Shown here: positions 63,132 through 64,000 of the stretch, piece after piece
How the letters are laid out: each line of letters opens with the position of its first letter
Numbering within the stretch: the stretch's first letter is position 1
Origin: an archaeon
Lineage (GTDB): Archaea; Nanobdellota; Nanobdellia; Pacearchaeales; GW2011-AR1
Assembly: GCA_043810775.1 (NCBI GenBank)
Contig: JBDRNU010000015.1
Coordinates: forward strand, 64,001 to 128,000
DNA length: 64,000 bases
Direction of reading: 5' to 3'
The notes under the pieces: generated by a model
Databases searched by the model: none
Seen by the model: the letters and a program-made list of their open reading frames with translations, nothing else
Told to the model about the DNA's origin: nothing
Program-made: the position numbers and the translations under genes

Positions 63132-64000
63132 ATGAGATCCAGTATTGTAAGTCAGCCAGAAATGAAATTTTCTTACGAGCCTAAATGGGAAATAAAAAGT
63201 AAATCTGTTCAAAGACTTGATTATCAGAGAACAGAGATGAATAATTGTTTTTCTATAATTCAAAGTCAAAGCTTTGGTGATCCAGATCCTTTTTTTAGCC
63301 AGGTTTCAATTGATGAGGCAGAAAATTCTATAGCCTCTTTAAGAAGAGGGTTAACTAGAATTTTAAAGAAAGGTTGTCAATCTATACCTTTATTTGACCA
63401 GATTGTATTAAGAGATATAGCAAGAAATGTAGAAATTAACAATGCTTATTTTAATTATTTCTTTAAAGGAAAAATAAATATGGGTCCATTTCTATCAGCA
63501 GTATACGGAAATTCTGCTTATACTTTAATCATAGATTCAGTAAAACCTGAAAATTACCCTCATCTAGATGCTCATACATATATTAAATCTATGCACTCAA
63601 TTAATTCAAGAAGGCTTGACTCAGAAATTTTATTTAGTGACTTATGGGATTGTGAATTTTCTGGATTAAGAGAAAGATTTATAAGTGAAATTAAAAAGTC
63701 TAAGTCAAATATAGAGAAAATATTCTTAGATTTAAATATTCTTGAAGAAGTTGGAATATATAGTTTAGGTATTGCTCCTATTGGAACTAGATGTAGTTTT
63801 TGGGATGGTGTTAATTTTCTAGCTGCAATTGACCCAGATAGAGTAGTATGTTATAAATCTAATGGCAAATATAAATTCCTTACATCATTTAGTATTTTAA
63901 CAGGCTCACATGAATTTAGTCATGCTTTAGAAGATATTCTATCTGAAAGAACAATGCTTACTGCTGATTCAAAACCCTGTGGTTTAAGTCCTTCTAATGA
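63132..64000 (+). CDS. Hypothetical protein with HExxH motif (3' truncated by window edge)
   Basis: Frame is open from ATG 63132 to the window end. SHEFSHAL lies at about 63906-63929. Confidence 0.6.
   Translation, partial: MRSSIVSQPEMKFSYEPKWEIKSKSVQRLDYQRTEMNNCFSIIQSQSFGDPDPFFSQVSIDEAENSIASLRRGLTRILKKGCQSIPLFDQIVLRDIARNVEINNAYFNYFFKGKINMGPFLSAVYGNSAYTLIIDSVKPENYPHLDAHTYIKSMHSINSRRLDSEILFSDLWDCEFSGLRERFISEIKKSKSNIEKIFLDLNILEEVGIYSLGIAPIGTRCSFWDGVNFLAAIDPDRVVCYKSNGKYKFLTSFSILTGSHEFSHALEDILSERTMLTADSKPCGLSPSN

Overview
AT-rich, gene-dense archaeal chromosome segment, most likely a DPANN archaeon of the Pacearchaeota/Woesearchaeota type. That placement is an inference from the fused primase, the small archaeosortase-like gene beside a surface protein, the ribose-1,5-bisphosphate isomerase, the short Dph2 and the many apparently leaderless genes. 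Most of the window is housekeeping: secY (partial), prefoldins, ribosomal proteins L1/L10/L12/L11/L40e/L37ae, spt5, rpoP, ftsZ, sepF, secE, aIF5A, PCNA, primase, class II lysS, hjc, cbf5, trmY, taw1 and glmS. Three tRNAs are present: Ser-UGA with a 13-nt intron, an atypical Ala-UGC, and Pro-UGG. Genes missed by the ORF track include L40e, secE, rpoP, a histone-fold protein, a small membrane protein and a 14-aa lysine-rich peptide. The strongest candidate new system is a 12-kb cluster of six class III-signal (pilin-like) genes with two paralogous giant Cys-rich proteins, each carrying a central glycine-rich hydrophobic core. This could be a host-contact or membrane-penetration apparatus. Other candidates are a translationally coupled DUF6884-like / nucleoside deoxyribosyltransferase / GIY-YIG cassette (possible defence system), a stand-alone CARF-like gene divergent from a wHTH gene, a histone plus membrane-protein operon, and a separately promoted poly-lysine micropeptide. 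No CRISPR array, rRNA or transposase was seen. All family assignments come from motif recognition by eye, not database searches.
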